A stretch of DNA of 55,541 nt, taken from the NCBI GenBank assembly GCA_031366795.1, contig JANLOX010000121.1, positions 1 to 55,541 on the forward strand, read 5' to 3'. Below are positions 43,184 to 51,773 of this stretch, piece by piece (the stretch's first letter is position 1; the number at the start of each line of letters is the position of its first letter). The translations under genes were made by a program, and so were the position numbers. Source of the stretch: Candidatus Eiseniibacteriota bacterium (lineage in GTDB: Bacteria; Eisenbacteria; RBG-16-71-46). Under the pieces are notes generated by a model. It did not search any database and was not told the DNA's origin. It was given only the letters and a program-made list of their open reading frames with translations.

Positions 43184-44241
43184 AGATCGCGACGCTGTCC
43201 AACGCCGCGGTCGCGCACACCCAGCGCTGGGTGGAATTCTTCCGCTCGCGGGGCCACGAAGTGCGCGTCTGGTCGCTCGAGCCGGGGCCGCCAGGCTTCC
43301 CCATCGAGCTGCTGCCGGTGCTGCCGCTGCCGGGCGCCCTGCGTTACCCGTTGTCGGTACCCGCGCTCCGCGCGGCACTCGCGCGCTTCGCGCCCGATGT
43401 CATCGATGCGCACTTCGTGCCGAATTACGGGTTGATGGGCGCTTTGAGCGGCCGGCACCCGCTGGTGGTCTCGGCGTGGGGCTCGGACCTGTTGCTCACG
43501 GCGCGGCGGAACGCGCTGCAGCGCGCGCGCGCCCGGTTCGTGTTGCGGCGCGCCGAGGGCGTGATCGCCGATGGCGAGAACCTCGCCGTCGCGGCGCGTG
43601 AGCTTGCGGGCGACACGCCGGTCCACATGGTGCCGTGGGGGGTGGACCTCACGCGGTTCCGCAGGGGTGCTTCGCGCGAGCCGGGCCTGCTGTTCAGCAC
43701 CCGCATGCACGAGCCGGTGTATGACCTGGCGACCGTCATCCGCGGCTCGCGCGCCGAGCTCGAACGTGATGCGAACGCCCGGCTGGTGATCGCCGGGGAT
43801 GGCAGCTTGCGGGGATCGCTCGAACGGCTCGCGGCCAGCGAGTTGCCGAGCGGGCGCTACGAGTTCATCGGCCGCATCGGGCTTGCGGACATGGCGAGCT
43901 GGTTGGGTAGGGCGGAGGTGTGCATCTCGGCATCACTATCCGACTCGACCTCGCAATCGCTGATCGAGTCGATGGCGTGCGGCGCGATTCCGGTGGTCAG
44001 CGACATCGAGGGCAATCGCGCCTGGGTGAGCGCGGGCGAGGGCGCGCGTTTGTTCGCCGCGGGGGAGCCCCAAGCGCTGGCGCGCGCGTTGCGCGAGGCG
44101 CGCGCGGACCTTGCGTGGATCGCCGCCGCGCGCCTTCGTAATCGCGATCGCGTCGAGCGGGACGGGGACGCGGTGAAGAACCTCGGTCGTGTCGAGCAAC
44201 TGTTCGAGGCTCTCGCGCTTGCGGCGCGGGAGCGGGCCTGA
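43180..44241 (+). CDS. Glycosyltransferase family 4
   Basis: HTQRW, AHFVPNYG, AWGSDL, PWGVD, SLIESMACG. TTG start overlaps the upstream stop. Confidence 0.88.
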   Translation: MKIATLSNAAVAHTQRWVEFFRSRGHEVRVWSLEPGPPGFPIELLPVLPLPGALRYPLSVPALRAALARFAPDVIDAHFVPNYGLMGALSGRHPLVVSAWGSDLLLTARRNALQRARARFVLRRAEGVIADGENLAVAARELAGDTPVHMVPWGVDLTRFRRGASREPGLLFSTRMHEPVYDLATVIRGSRAELERDANARLVIAGDGSLRGSLERLAASELPSGRYEFIGRIGLADMASWLGRAEVCISASLSDSTSQSLIESMACGAIPVVSDIEGNRAWVSAGEGARLFAAGEPQALARALREARADLAWIAAARLRNRDRVERDGDAVKNLGRVEQLFEALALAARERA

Positions 44242-44294
44242 TACAAGCCCGCCATGCCTTTTGCCGCTGAATGCACCGCCCGAAGGGAACCTTA

Positions 44295-45614
44295 ATGAAA
44301 CGTAGACGATTGCTTATCGTCGCCTACTTCTATCCGCCGCTCGCCGGGGGCGGCGTGCACCGCGTCTTGAGTTTCACCGAGGGCTTGCCGCGGCACGGCT
44401 GGGACTGCACGGTGGTGTGCGCAGGCCCCAACGACTACTGGGTCACAGATCCTTCGCTCGAGGCGCGCATCGGCCCTTCGACCGAAGTAATCCGCGTGGG
44501 CGGCGGCAGCGGGCTTTCGACCTGGCTCAAGCTGCGGCCGACGCCGCGGGGGCGCCGGCCTGACTCGGCGTTCGCTGGCTTGCGCATGCTCAGCGATTGG
44601 CTGGCGTTCCCGGACTCCTACGCCGGCTGGGCGAAGCGCGCGACACCGCGCGCGCTGAAACGGCTGCGCGAGGGCGCCGACGTGCTGATGACCAGCTCGC
44701 CGCCGGACAGCACGCACCTGGTGGGACTCGCGGCGCGGCGCACGCTGGCGACCCGCTGGGTCGCCGACTTTCGCGATCCGTGGATGGGCCTGCACTTCCG
44801 CACGCCGCCCACGAGCTGGCACCGCCGCCGCCACGAACGCCTGGAGGGCCAGGTCGAGCAGCGCGCCGATCGCCTGCTGGTCGCCTCGCGCACGCACGCC
44901 GATCAGGTGCGCGCGCGCCTGAACGCGAGGCTGCTCGATGCCGGCAAGGTGATTCACCTGCCGAACGGTTACGATGCGGGCGGAAGCCTGACCGCCGGCG
45001 AGGCGGCCACGGACGGCCCGCTGGCGGACACGTTCGTCATCGCCTTCACCGGGACCTTGTCGCATATGCCTGATGTTGAAGTGTTGCTCGAAGCCGTACA
45101 CGATCTGCTGGCGCGACTGACCGAGGCGCGTCGCCGCCTGCGGGTGCGGTTGATGGGGCCCTATGACGCTGGCTACGAGGATCGCGCGGTAGCACTGGGA
45201 CTGACCGGCATCGTTGAGTTCATGGGCTCACGCCCACACGCCGAAGCGCGCGCGCTGCAACGCCGCGCGGAAGTGCTGGTGCACTGGCAACCGCGCGAAT
45301 TCGCCACCATGGTGCCGGGCAAGCTGTATGAGTACATCGAGTCGGGCAGGCCGATCGTTGCGCTGCTCGATCCCGCCCTCGAGGCCGCGGCATTGTTGCG
45401 CCGCGCGGACGCCGTGATCCTGGCGCCGGGCGATCGCGCGTCCTTGAGCGCGGAATTCGAACGCCGCTATCGCGAGTGGAAGGAGCGGGGGCGCCAGCCG
45501 TCCGCGAACCGCGAGTGGATCCGCGAGTACGCGCGTGATCACCTGAGCGGCCAATTGGCGCAGGTGCTCGATGGCTTGATGGAAGCGCCCACGCCCCAAG
45601 GGGTGAACGCGTGA
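44295..45614 (+). CDS. Glycosyltransferase family 4-like
   Basis: AYFYPPLAGGGVHR, TSSPP, VADFRDPW, PNGYD, PGKLYEY. Confidence 0.88.
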   Translation: MKRRRLLIVAYFYPPLAGGGVHRVLSFTEGLPRHGWDCTVVCAGPNDYWVTDPSLEARIGPSTEVIRVGGGSGLSTWLKLRPTPRGRRPDSAFAGLRMLSDWLAFPDSYAGWAKRATPRALKRLREGADVLMTSSPPDSTHLVGLAARRTLATRWVADFRDPWMGLHFRTPPTSWHRRRHERLEGQVEQRADRLLVASRTHADQVRARLNARLLDAGKVIHLPNGYDAGGSLTAGEAATDGPLADTFVIAFTGTLSHMPDVEVLLEAVHDLLARLTEARRRLRVRLMGPYDAGYEDRAVALGLTGIVEFMGSRPHAEARALQRRAEVLVHWQPREFATMVPGKLYEYIESGRPIVALLDPALEAAALLRRADAVILAPGDRASLSAEFERRYREWKERGRQPSANREWIREYARDHLSGQLAQVLDGLMEAPTPQGVNA

Positions 45615-47125
45615 TCGCGCTGTTCGGAGGACCGCTCAGCCGCATCGAACGCGCGGCACTCGCCATCGGGTTGTGCATGAGCGCCTGGATGATGTGGCCG
45701 ACGCGCGGCGCGTTGTACGACGGGGCCTACGTGTGGCTGCACATCGCGCACCATGTCTCCAAGGGGGCGGGGCTCGCCTTCAACGTCGGCGATCACGTTT
45801 ATGCGGTGACCAATCCGCTGTGGGTGGCGTTGCTCGCCGACGGCATGTGGCTGGGGCTCGACGGGCCGATGGTGGCGCGCGTGCTGGGAGCCGGGGCGAC
45901 GCTGCTGACCGTGCCGCTGTTCCTGCAATTGCTGCGGCGCACGGTGCGCACGCCGGAACTGCGCGCTCTCGGCACGTTGGCGTGGGCGGCGAACGCCTGG
46001 ATGGCGCGCTGGGCGCTCAGCGGGCTCGAAGCCCCGCTGGCCGTCGCACTTGTGCTCGGCGGCTTCGTCGCCTTGACCGAGGGCCCGGGGTGGGGAGACC
46101 GCCCGATCCGCACCGGTGCCCTGTGGGCGCTTGCCGCCATCACGCGCCCGGGAGCAGTGCTGCTGCTGGCGTTGTGGGCCACCGTGCTGTTGATCGATGC
46201 GCAGAGCCGCCCGGGGCTGCGCCGCCTGGTGTTCGGTCTGTTGCCGGTGGCCGCGATCTACGGCTCATGGTTGCTGTTCGCGCGGCTCAGCTTCGGCACG
46301 TTCTGGCCCGCGGTGCTGGCGACCACGCCGCCGCTGAATCCCAGTTACGCGGAATGGTGGCAGCGGATGACCGTCGACTTTCACCGCATCGCGGCCACCG
46401 AAGGCGCGCTCGTGGTTGCCGGCGTGCTGGCGTTGGTGTTCGGCAAGCTGCCTTCGCGCAAGCGGGACCGCTCGGCGCTGCGGCTGTTGCCGCTGCTGTG
46501 GGTGATCCTGTTGCCCGCGCTGTTCGCCGCGCGCGGCCTGCAGGTCGAGGCGCGGCATCTGCTCATCGTGATCCCCATCGCGCAGTGGCTGGTGTGGTGG
46601 GCCATCGACAGGACGTGGAGCGGCGAGCGCAACGAGTCGCGCGCCTGGGTGCGCGCGACGCTCATCGGTTGCATCGTCGCGGTGCTGGTCATCGCGCAGA
46701 ACGTGCGTTCCTACGAGCGCGAGGTCTTGCCCGAATCCGCGCAACAACAGCAGACAATGAAGCGCACGTTGATCCGCTGGGGGCGTTGGCTGGGGCAGAA
46801 CGATCCCGGCGCGCTGGTGGCCACCGACACACCGGGGGCGATCGCCTACTTCGGGAACGCGCGAATTCTCGACCTCAATGGACTGTTCACGCCGCAACTC
46901 GAGCGGGTCCGCCGCGCGCAATCGAGCCGCGATTTGGTCGAGCGACTGGCGTTCGCGAGCGCGGGGCGCGCGTCGTACCTGGTGGATCGCGGCGCGAGCG
47001 TCGCGGAACTTAAAGCCCGCAGCCCCTACCCGGAGGTGTTCGAGCCGATCGAAGAGAGTGATGGCTTCGTGTTCTACCGCTTGCGGTGGAGCGCAATGCC
47101 GGGAGATTCAACGCTGCGGCAGTGA
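45611..47125 (+). CDS. GT-C-fold membrane glycosyltransferase-like protein (arabinofuranosyltransferase/PMT-like)
   Basis: DGAYV...G.GLAFNVGD....TNPLW, SGLEAPL, TRPG, GAIAYF...ILDLNGL; polytopic. Confidence 0.68.
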   Translation: MIALFGGPLSRIERAALAIGLCMSAWMMWPTRGALYDGAYVWLHIAHHVSKGAGLAFNVGDHVYAVTNPLWVALLADGMWLGLDGPMVARVLGAGATLLTVPLFLQLLRRTVRTPELRALGTLAWAANAWMARWALSGLEAPLAVALVLGGFVALTEGPGWGDRPIRTGALWALAAITRPGAVLLLALWATVLLIDAQSRPGLRRLVFGLLPVAAIYGSWLLFARLSFGTFWPAVLATTPPLNPSYAEWWQRMTVDFHRIAATEGALVVAGVLALVFGKLPSRKRDRSALRLLPLLWVILLPALFAARGLQVEARHLLIVIPIAQWLVWWAIDRTWSGERNESRAWVRATLIGCIVAVLVIAQNVRSYEREVLPESAQQQQTMKRTLIRWGRWLGQNDPGALVATDTPGAIAYFGNARILDLNGLFTPQLERVRRAQSSRDLVERLAFASAGRASYLVDRGASVAELKARSPYPEVFEPIEESDGFVFYRLRWSAMPGDSTLRQ

Positions 47126-47184
47126 TCGCTGCACGCACGTGCAGCAAGATCCCTGCCTTTCTTCAGGGCGCATGCGATTTTCTT

Positions 47185-47213
47185 TTGACACCGCGCGTGC
47201 GCCCTAATATGTT
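47185..47213 (+). promoter_or_regulatory. sigma70 promoter of the dcw cluster
   Basis: TTGACA-N17-TATGTT upstream of mraZ. Confidence 0.75.
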
Positions 47214-47220
47214 CCCGGCC

Positions 47221-47270
47221 GTGGGGAGCAGTGGGGAATTGTGGGGAGCAGCGGAGACGAGCGGGGAGTC
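47221..47270 (+). promoter_or_regulatory. MraZ-binding direct repeats
   Basis: 10-bp periodic boxes GTGGGGAGCA, GTGGGGAATT, GTGGGGAGCA, GCGGAGACGA, GCGGGGAGTC between the promoter and mraZ, matching the known GTGG/TGGG MraZ boxes. Confidence 0.85.
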
Positions 47271-47279
47271 GAGTCGTCG

Positions 47280-47711
47280 ATGACTACTTACTACGGCACC
47301 GATCATTATTCCATCGACGACAAGGGCCGCCTCGCCGTACCCGCACATGCCCGACGTTCCACGGGGAAGAACACGACGTTCCTCCTCGTTCCCGGCTTCG
47401 AAGGTTGCCTGGCCCTCTACAACGAGACCCAATGGGCTCACGTCGAAGAGCGGCTCCAGCAGCTTCCGGGCAAGCGCATGGATCGCGCATTCAAGCGGGC
47501 GCTGTTGATGAATGCCAAACGGGTGACGGTGGACGCGCAGGGACGCATTTCGATCCCATCGGCACTTTTGGATCGGGCAGGACTCGGCAAGGATGCCGTA
47601 CTGCTCGGTCAGGGCACTCACATCGAGATTTGGAATCCCGAGCGCCTGCAGGCCGTTCTCGGCGAGGCCGAGATCAACTTCGAACAGGTCGCGGAAGAGG
47701 TCCTCAAGTGA
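47280..47711 (+). CDS. mraZ: Division/cell wall cluster transcriptional repressor MraZ
   Basis: IDDKGRLAVP and VDAQGRISIP motifs, IEIWN. Confidence 0.96.
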   Translation: MTTYYGTDHYSIDDKGRLAVPAHARRSTGKNTTFLLVPGFEGCLALYNETQWAHVEERLQQLPGKRMDRAFKRALLMNAKRVTVDAQGRISIPSALLDRAGLGKDAVLLGQGTHIEIWNPERLQAVLGEAEINFEQVAEEVLK

Positions 47712-48160
47712 GCTTCGAGTGCACGGACGCACCGCGGGTGAGCTGCGCAGTGAATCTCGATTTGAGCCGGGGCTGGCATGCCGCCTCCGCTCGTATCGAG
47801 TGGTTGGAGACCGCAGCGGGCGAGCGCCCGAGCGAGGCGCGCCTGGCCCTCAGTGGCTGGCTCGACCGCGGAGCGCTCGAGCGGCTGGAAGGGACGTTGA
47901 CCGAGTTGTCGGACCGCGGGGTGCGGCGGCTCGAGCTCGATTGCTCGCGCGTCCGCCATGTCGAGTTCGGGGCGGTGCGCATCCTGACGACGGCGCTGTC
48001 GCGCTTCTCGGGCGGCGGGCTCAAGCTGCGCGGACTGTCCCCGCACCTGCGCGACCTGTTCCGCCTCGCCGGCTGTGGCGAATTCGTGCCGACCGGCTTC
48101 GCGAGCGGGCTCCTGGCGTCGCTCCCCACCGGGGGGCCGCAACGTGAGTGGGCGACATGA
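47708..48160 (+). CDS. STAS-domain protein (anti-anti-sigma/MlaB-like)
   Basis: LALSGWLD...LELDCSRVRHVE...LKLRGLSPHLRDLFRLAG. GTGA overlap with the mraZ stop and 17-nt overlap with rsmH. The start could be 47750. Confidence 0.72.
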   Translation: MSFECTDAPRVSCAVNLDLSRGWHAASARIEWLETAAGERPSEARLALSGWLDRGALERLEGTLTELSDRGVRRLELDCSRVRHVEFGAVRILTTALSRFSGGGLKLRGLSPHLRDLFRLAGCGEFVPTGFASGLLASLPTGGPQREWAT

Positions 48161-49073
48161 ACCGGTTCTGCTCGAGGAGACACTCGGCTTCCTGCGCTCG
48201 GGGCCTGGACTCTACCTCGACGCCACGCTCGGCGATGCCGGTCACGCCGAAGCCCTGCTCGATGCTGAACCCGGCGCGCGCCTGCTCGGCTGCGATCGTG
48301 ACGCGGCGGCACTCGAACGCTCCACGGCCACGCTTGCGCGTTTCGGTGAGCGAGTGATGCTGGCCCACGCCGCGTTCCGCGAGTTGCCTCGCGCGCACGC
48401 CGACGTGGGCGGTGAGCCCTTGGCCGGAGCGCTGTTCGATCTCGGCGTCTCCTCGCCGCAGATCGACGCGGCGGAACGGGGGATGAGCTTCCGCTTCGAG
48501 GGACCGCTCGATTTTCGCATGGATTTAGGGGCAGGCCTCACCGCGGCGGAGTGGCTGGCCCGGTCGAGCGCCGAGGAAATCGCGCAGTGCTTGCGTGAAT
48601 ACGGCGACGTGCGCGAGGCAGGGCGCATCGCCCGCGGGCTCGCGGCGGCAGCGGCATCAGGAACACTGCGTACCACCGCCGACCTGGTCGCGGCAATCGC
48701 GCGCGCCAGTGGCGGGCATCCGCATCCGCGCCGCCTGGCGCAAGTGTTCCAGGCGTTGCGCATGCAGGTGAACGACGAAACAGGTGAGCTCGACGCGGCA
48801 CTCGCGTGGCTGCCGCAGGCGGTTCGCGAGGGCGGCGTGGTCGTCATGCTGGCGTATCACTCAGGCGAAGACCGCCGAATCAAGCACATGCTTCGTGGAG
48901 CACCGCAGGCCGGACCCATCCGGCGCCTGCCCTTATCCGTTGAGTCACAGGCGCCGGAGCGCCCGTGGCACGAATTGACCCACAAGGTCGTCACCCCGTC
49001 CGAGCAAGAGTCGACTCGCAATCCGCGCGCCCGTAGCGCGCGCTTGCGCGCCTTCCGGAGGAAGCCCTCATGA
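48144..49073 (+). CDS. rsmH: 16S rRNA m4C1402 methyltransferase
   Basis: HEPVLLEE, DATLGDAGH, DLGVSSPQID, PLDFRMD, FQALRMQVNDE, YHSGED, NPRARSARLR. Confidence 0.96.
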   Translation: MSGRHEPVLLEETLGFLRSGPGLYLDATLGDAGHAEALLDAEPGARLLGCDRDAAALERSTATLARFGERVMLAHAAFRELPRAHADVGGEPLAGALFDLGVSSPQIDAAERGMSFRFEGPLDFRMDLGAGLTAAEWLARSSAEEIAQCLREYGDVREAGRIARGLAAAAASGTLRTTADLVAAIARASGGHPHPRRLAQVFQALRMQVNDETGELDAALAWLPQAVREGGVVVMLAYHSGEDRRIKHMLRGAPQAGPIRRLPLSVESQAPERPWHELTHKVVTPSEQESTRNPRARSARLRAFRRKPS

Positions 49074-49507
49074 GCCGCCCCACCCGTGTGTCGTTGCCGT
49101 TCTGGTATGTGCCCGAGCGGCTGATCAAGCACCCCGAACTGTGGGTGATGGCAGCGATCGTGATGTCGATGCTGTTGGTTGAAGTGTGGCAGACGTCGCG
49201 GATGGCGCAGTTGAGTGTGGGCCTCGACCAGACACGCCAGGACCTCAAGCAGGCCGATGCGCAACTCGCGTTCGCGCACGCCGCCGCGGATCGCCGTTCC
49301 ACCCGCGTCGAATTGCTCCAGATGGGCGAGCAACTGGGGCTCAAGCCGACGCGCCGCGAACAGGTCTGGTCGCTGCCGTCCGAGTACCTGGCGGACGACC
49401 GCGTAACACCGCGGGATGACAGTGACCATGAAGCACTCGCGTTCGCGGAAAGGGTTCAAGGCGCGCTCGTGCCGGAAGCTACGGCACGCGGCCGCGTCAC
49501 CCGCTAG
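49070..49507 (+). CDS. ftsL: Cell division protein FtsL-like
   Basis: Single TM helix followed by a coiled coil ending GEQLGL. Canonical position between rsmH and ftsI. Confidence 0.65.
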   Translation: MSRPTRVSLPFWYVPERLIKHPELWVMAAIVMSMLLVEVWQTSRMAQLSVGLDQTRQDLKQADAQLAFAHAAADRRSTRVELLQMGEQLGLKPTRREQVWSLPSEYLADDRVTPRDDSDHEALAFAERVQGALVPEATARGRVTR

Positions 49508-49616
49508 AAGAAACCACGGTCAGGACATGTAAGGCCGGCTAAAAACCGGTCGTACCATCGCACCGCGCATGTGACGGCACGGCAGCCTGCGTGAGCCGCC
49601 GTTCCACGGAGGGAAT

Positions 49617-51773
49617 TTGCCGCACAGGGAATTGCGCAAGAGTCGGGTGCTGGTGGCTGCGGCCGGTTTTCTGCTGGCCTTCCTGGCGTTGTGGCTGCGC
49701 TCGGCGTGGCTGCAACTGCCCATGCACGCCGCGTTCGAAGCGCGCGCGCAGGGGAACTGGGGCCAGATCGAAGTCGTGCCGCCGGAGCGCGGCAAGATCC
49801 TCGACCGGCATGGACGCCCGCTCGCGCGCGACCTGCTGACCTGCTCGGTGGCCGTGCATACGCGCTACTTCGACAACGGGCCCGCCACCGCGAGAGCGCT
49901 GGCCAAGGCGCTGGGGATGGATGCACGTGAACTGCAGCGCCGCTTCGAGAAGAAGCCCGGCTACCAGTTCGTTGCGCGCAATGTGCCGCCCGCGGCCGGC
50001 GAAGCCATCAACGACCTCAAGCTGCGCGGCGTCTACGTGAAGCTCGAGCAGCGGCGCGATTACGTGCTGGGGAACGCCGCGTGCGAAGTGATCGGCCGCA
50101 CCAATCTCGACAACGCCGGCGTGGAAGGCCTCGAGCTGCAGTACGACGATGAGCTTCGCGGCACGGCCGGGTGGGCGACGCGCATCAAGGATGCGCGCGG
50201 CCGCGCCGTCGGCGTCAATCGTGGCCAGAGGCGCAGCGCCGAGAACGGGCACACGCTGCTCACCACGATCGACGCGGACCTCCAGGCGATCCTCGAGACG
50301 CACCTGACGCACGCCTGCGACACGCTGCATGCCCAGCGCGCCTTCGGCCTGTTCCTTGATCCGCGCACCGGTGAAGTGCTGGCGTGTGTCGATGTGCCGC
50401 ATGCGAAGGCGGGGCAGACGCGGAACTGGAACTTCACCGACCAGTTCGAGCCGGGCTCGACCTTCAAGATCGTCGTCGCCGGCGCCTCGCTCGAGGAAGG
50501 CACCGCCGAGCCGGACCAGTACTTCGAGGCCTCGGCCACCGGGCAGTTGATGATCGTGCCGGGCGCGATGTTTCACGACACCCACAAGCATGCGGGCTAC
50601 ACCTTCCGCGACGCCGTGCGCTGGTCGAGCAACATCGTGATGGGCAAGCTCGGGTTGATCCTCGGCGCGCAACGCCTGTACCGCTACGCAGTCGATCTCG
50701 GCTTCGGCGGCATGACCGGCATCGAATTCCCGGGCGAGGCGGCGGGCAAGCTGCGCAGCCCCGATCACTGGACGCCGCGCTCCACGCCGACGATCGCCAT
50801 CGGCCACGAGCTGTCCGTCACGCCGATCCAGCTGGCGCTGGCCTACGCGGCCATTGCCAATGGCGGCGTGCTGATGCGGCCCATGCTGTTGCGCGAGATC
50901 CGCGACGACCACGGCGCAGTGGTGCGCCGGATCGCGCCCGTCGCGGCGCATCGTGTCTTCAGTCCCGCCACGACGGCATCGCTGGGCCTGATGCTGGCGA
51001 TGGTGGTCGATAGCGGTACCGCGCGCGCCGCGCGCGTGCCCGGGCTCGCCATCGCGGGCAAAACCGGCACGGCGCAGAAGTATGACGTGCAAACGCACAC
51101 CTACCGCAACGGCCGCTACGTGTCGTCGTTCGCGGGTTACGCGCCCGCCGATGCGCCGCGGCTGGTGGGCGTGATCGTCATCGACGAGCCGGGCGGCAAG
51201 CAGATTTATGGTGGCGAAGTCGCCGCCCCGGTGTTCCGTGAAGTGATGCTCGACCTGCAGCGCCTGCCGCACGGCCCGTTCGAGCCGGGTCCCGACCAGA
51301 TCGTGGTGCGTCCGCCCGCGCCGGCGCCGGTGGTGGTGCCCGACTTGCGGCTGCTGCCGCCGCAGCTGGCGCAGGCGCGGCTTGAGCCGATGGGGTTGCG
51401 CGCTCACGTGCAGGGCCAAGGGTTGCGCGTGCTGTCGCAGGAGCCCGCCGCGGGGACTTCGATCGAGCGTGGTGCGAGTGTGACGGTGTGGCTGTCGGCG
51501 CCCACGGATTCGGCCTCGCGCGTGATGCCCGACCTGGTCGGCATCACGCTGCGCGAAGCGATGCGGCGGCTGTGGCGGATCGACGTGCCGGTGAGCTTTC
51601 ATGGCGAGGGCACCGTCGTGCGGCAGGTACCCGCGGTGGGGGCGCCCCTGTCGCCCGCGGCGCGGTGTGAGTTGTGGTGCGAGCGCGGGCGTGTACAGGC
51701 CATGCTGCCGCCTGTGGGAACGCTGAAGCTGGCGCTGGCTTCGACCGCGGGCGTGCGCCCGGGGTCGCGGTGA
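49617..51773 (+). CDS. ftsI: Class B penicillin-binding protein (FtsI-like) with two C-terminal PASTA domains
   Basis: RGKILDRHG, GVEGLE..YD, EPGSTFK (SxxK), SSN (SxN), KTGTAQK. PASTA starts VPDLR and MPDLVG. RBS GGAGGG precedes the TTG start. Confidence 0.92.
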   Translation: MPHRELRKSRVLVAAAGFLLAFLALWLRSAWLQLPMHAAFEARAQGNWGQIEVVPPERGKILDRHGRPLARDLLTCSVAVHTRYFDNGPATARALAKALGMDARELQRRFEKKPGYQFVARNVPPAAGEAINDLKLRGVYVKLEQRRDYVLGNAACEVIGRTNLDNAGVEGLELQYDDELRGTAGWATRIKDARGRAVGVNRGQRRSAENGHTLLTTIDADLQAILETHLTHACDTLHAQRAFGLFLDPRTGEVLACVDVPHAKAGQTRNWNFTDQFEPGSTFKIVVAGASLEEGTAEPDQYFEASATGQLMIVPGAMFHDTHKHAGYTFRDAVRWSSNIVMGKLGLILGAQRLYRYAVDLGFGGMTGIEFPGEAAGKLRSPDHWTPRSTPTIAIGHELSVTPIQLALAYAAIANGGVLMRPMLLREIRDDHGAVVRRIAPVAAHRVFSPATTASLGLMLAMVVDSGTARAARVPGLAIAGKTGTAQKYDVQTHTYRNGRYVSSFAGYAPADAPRLVGVIVIDEPGGKQIYGGEVAAPVFREVMLDLQRLPHGPFEPGPDQIVVRPPAPAPVVVPDLRLLPPQLAQARLEPMGLRAHVQGQGLRVLSQEPAAGTSIERGASVTVWLSAPTDSASRVMPDLVGITLREAMRRLWRIDVPVSFHGEGTVVRQVPAVGAPLSPAARCELWCERGRVQAMLPPVGTLKLALASTAGVRPGSR

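Noticed and set aside
47221..47270. Short direct repeats as a possible CRISPR or VNTR
   Set aside because: 10-bp period with no spacers and no cas genes; explained as MraZ boxes.
47231..48160. 309-aa ORF overlapping mraZ
   Set aside because: The 5' half is an alternate frame of mraZ; only the part from 47708 (STAS) looks protein-like.
49508..49616. 109-nt ftsL-ftsI gap as an ncRNA or internal promoter
   Set aside because: Only short GC hairpins and no convincing -35/-10 pair; cannot be supported from sequence alone.
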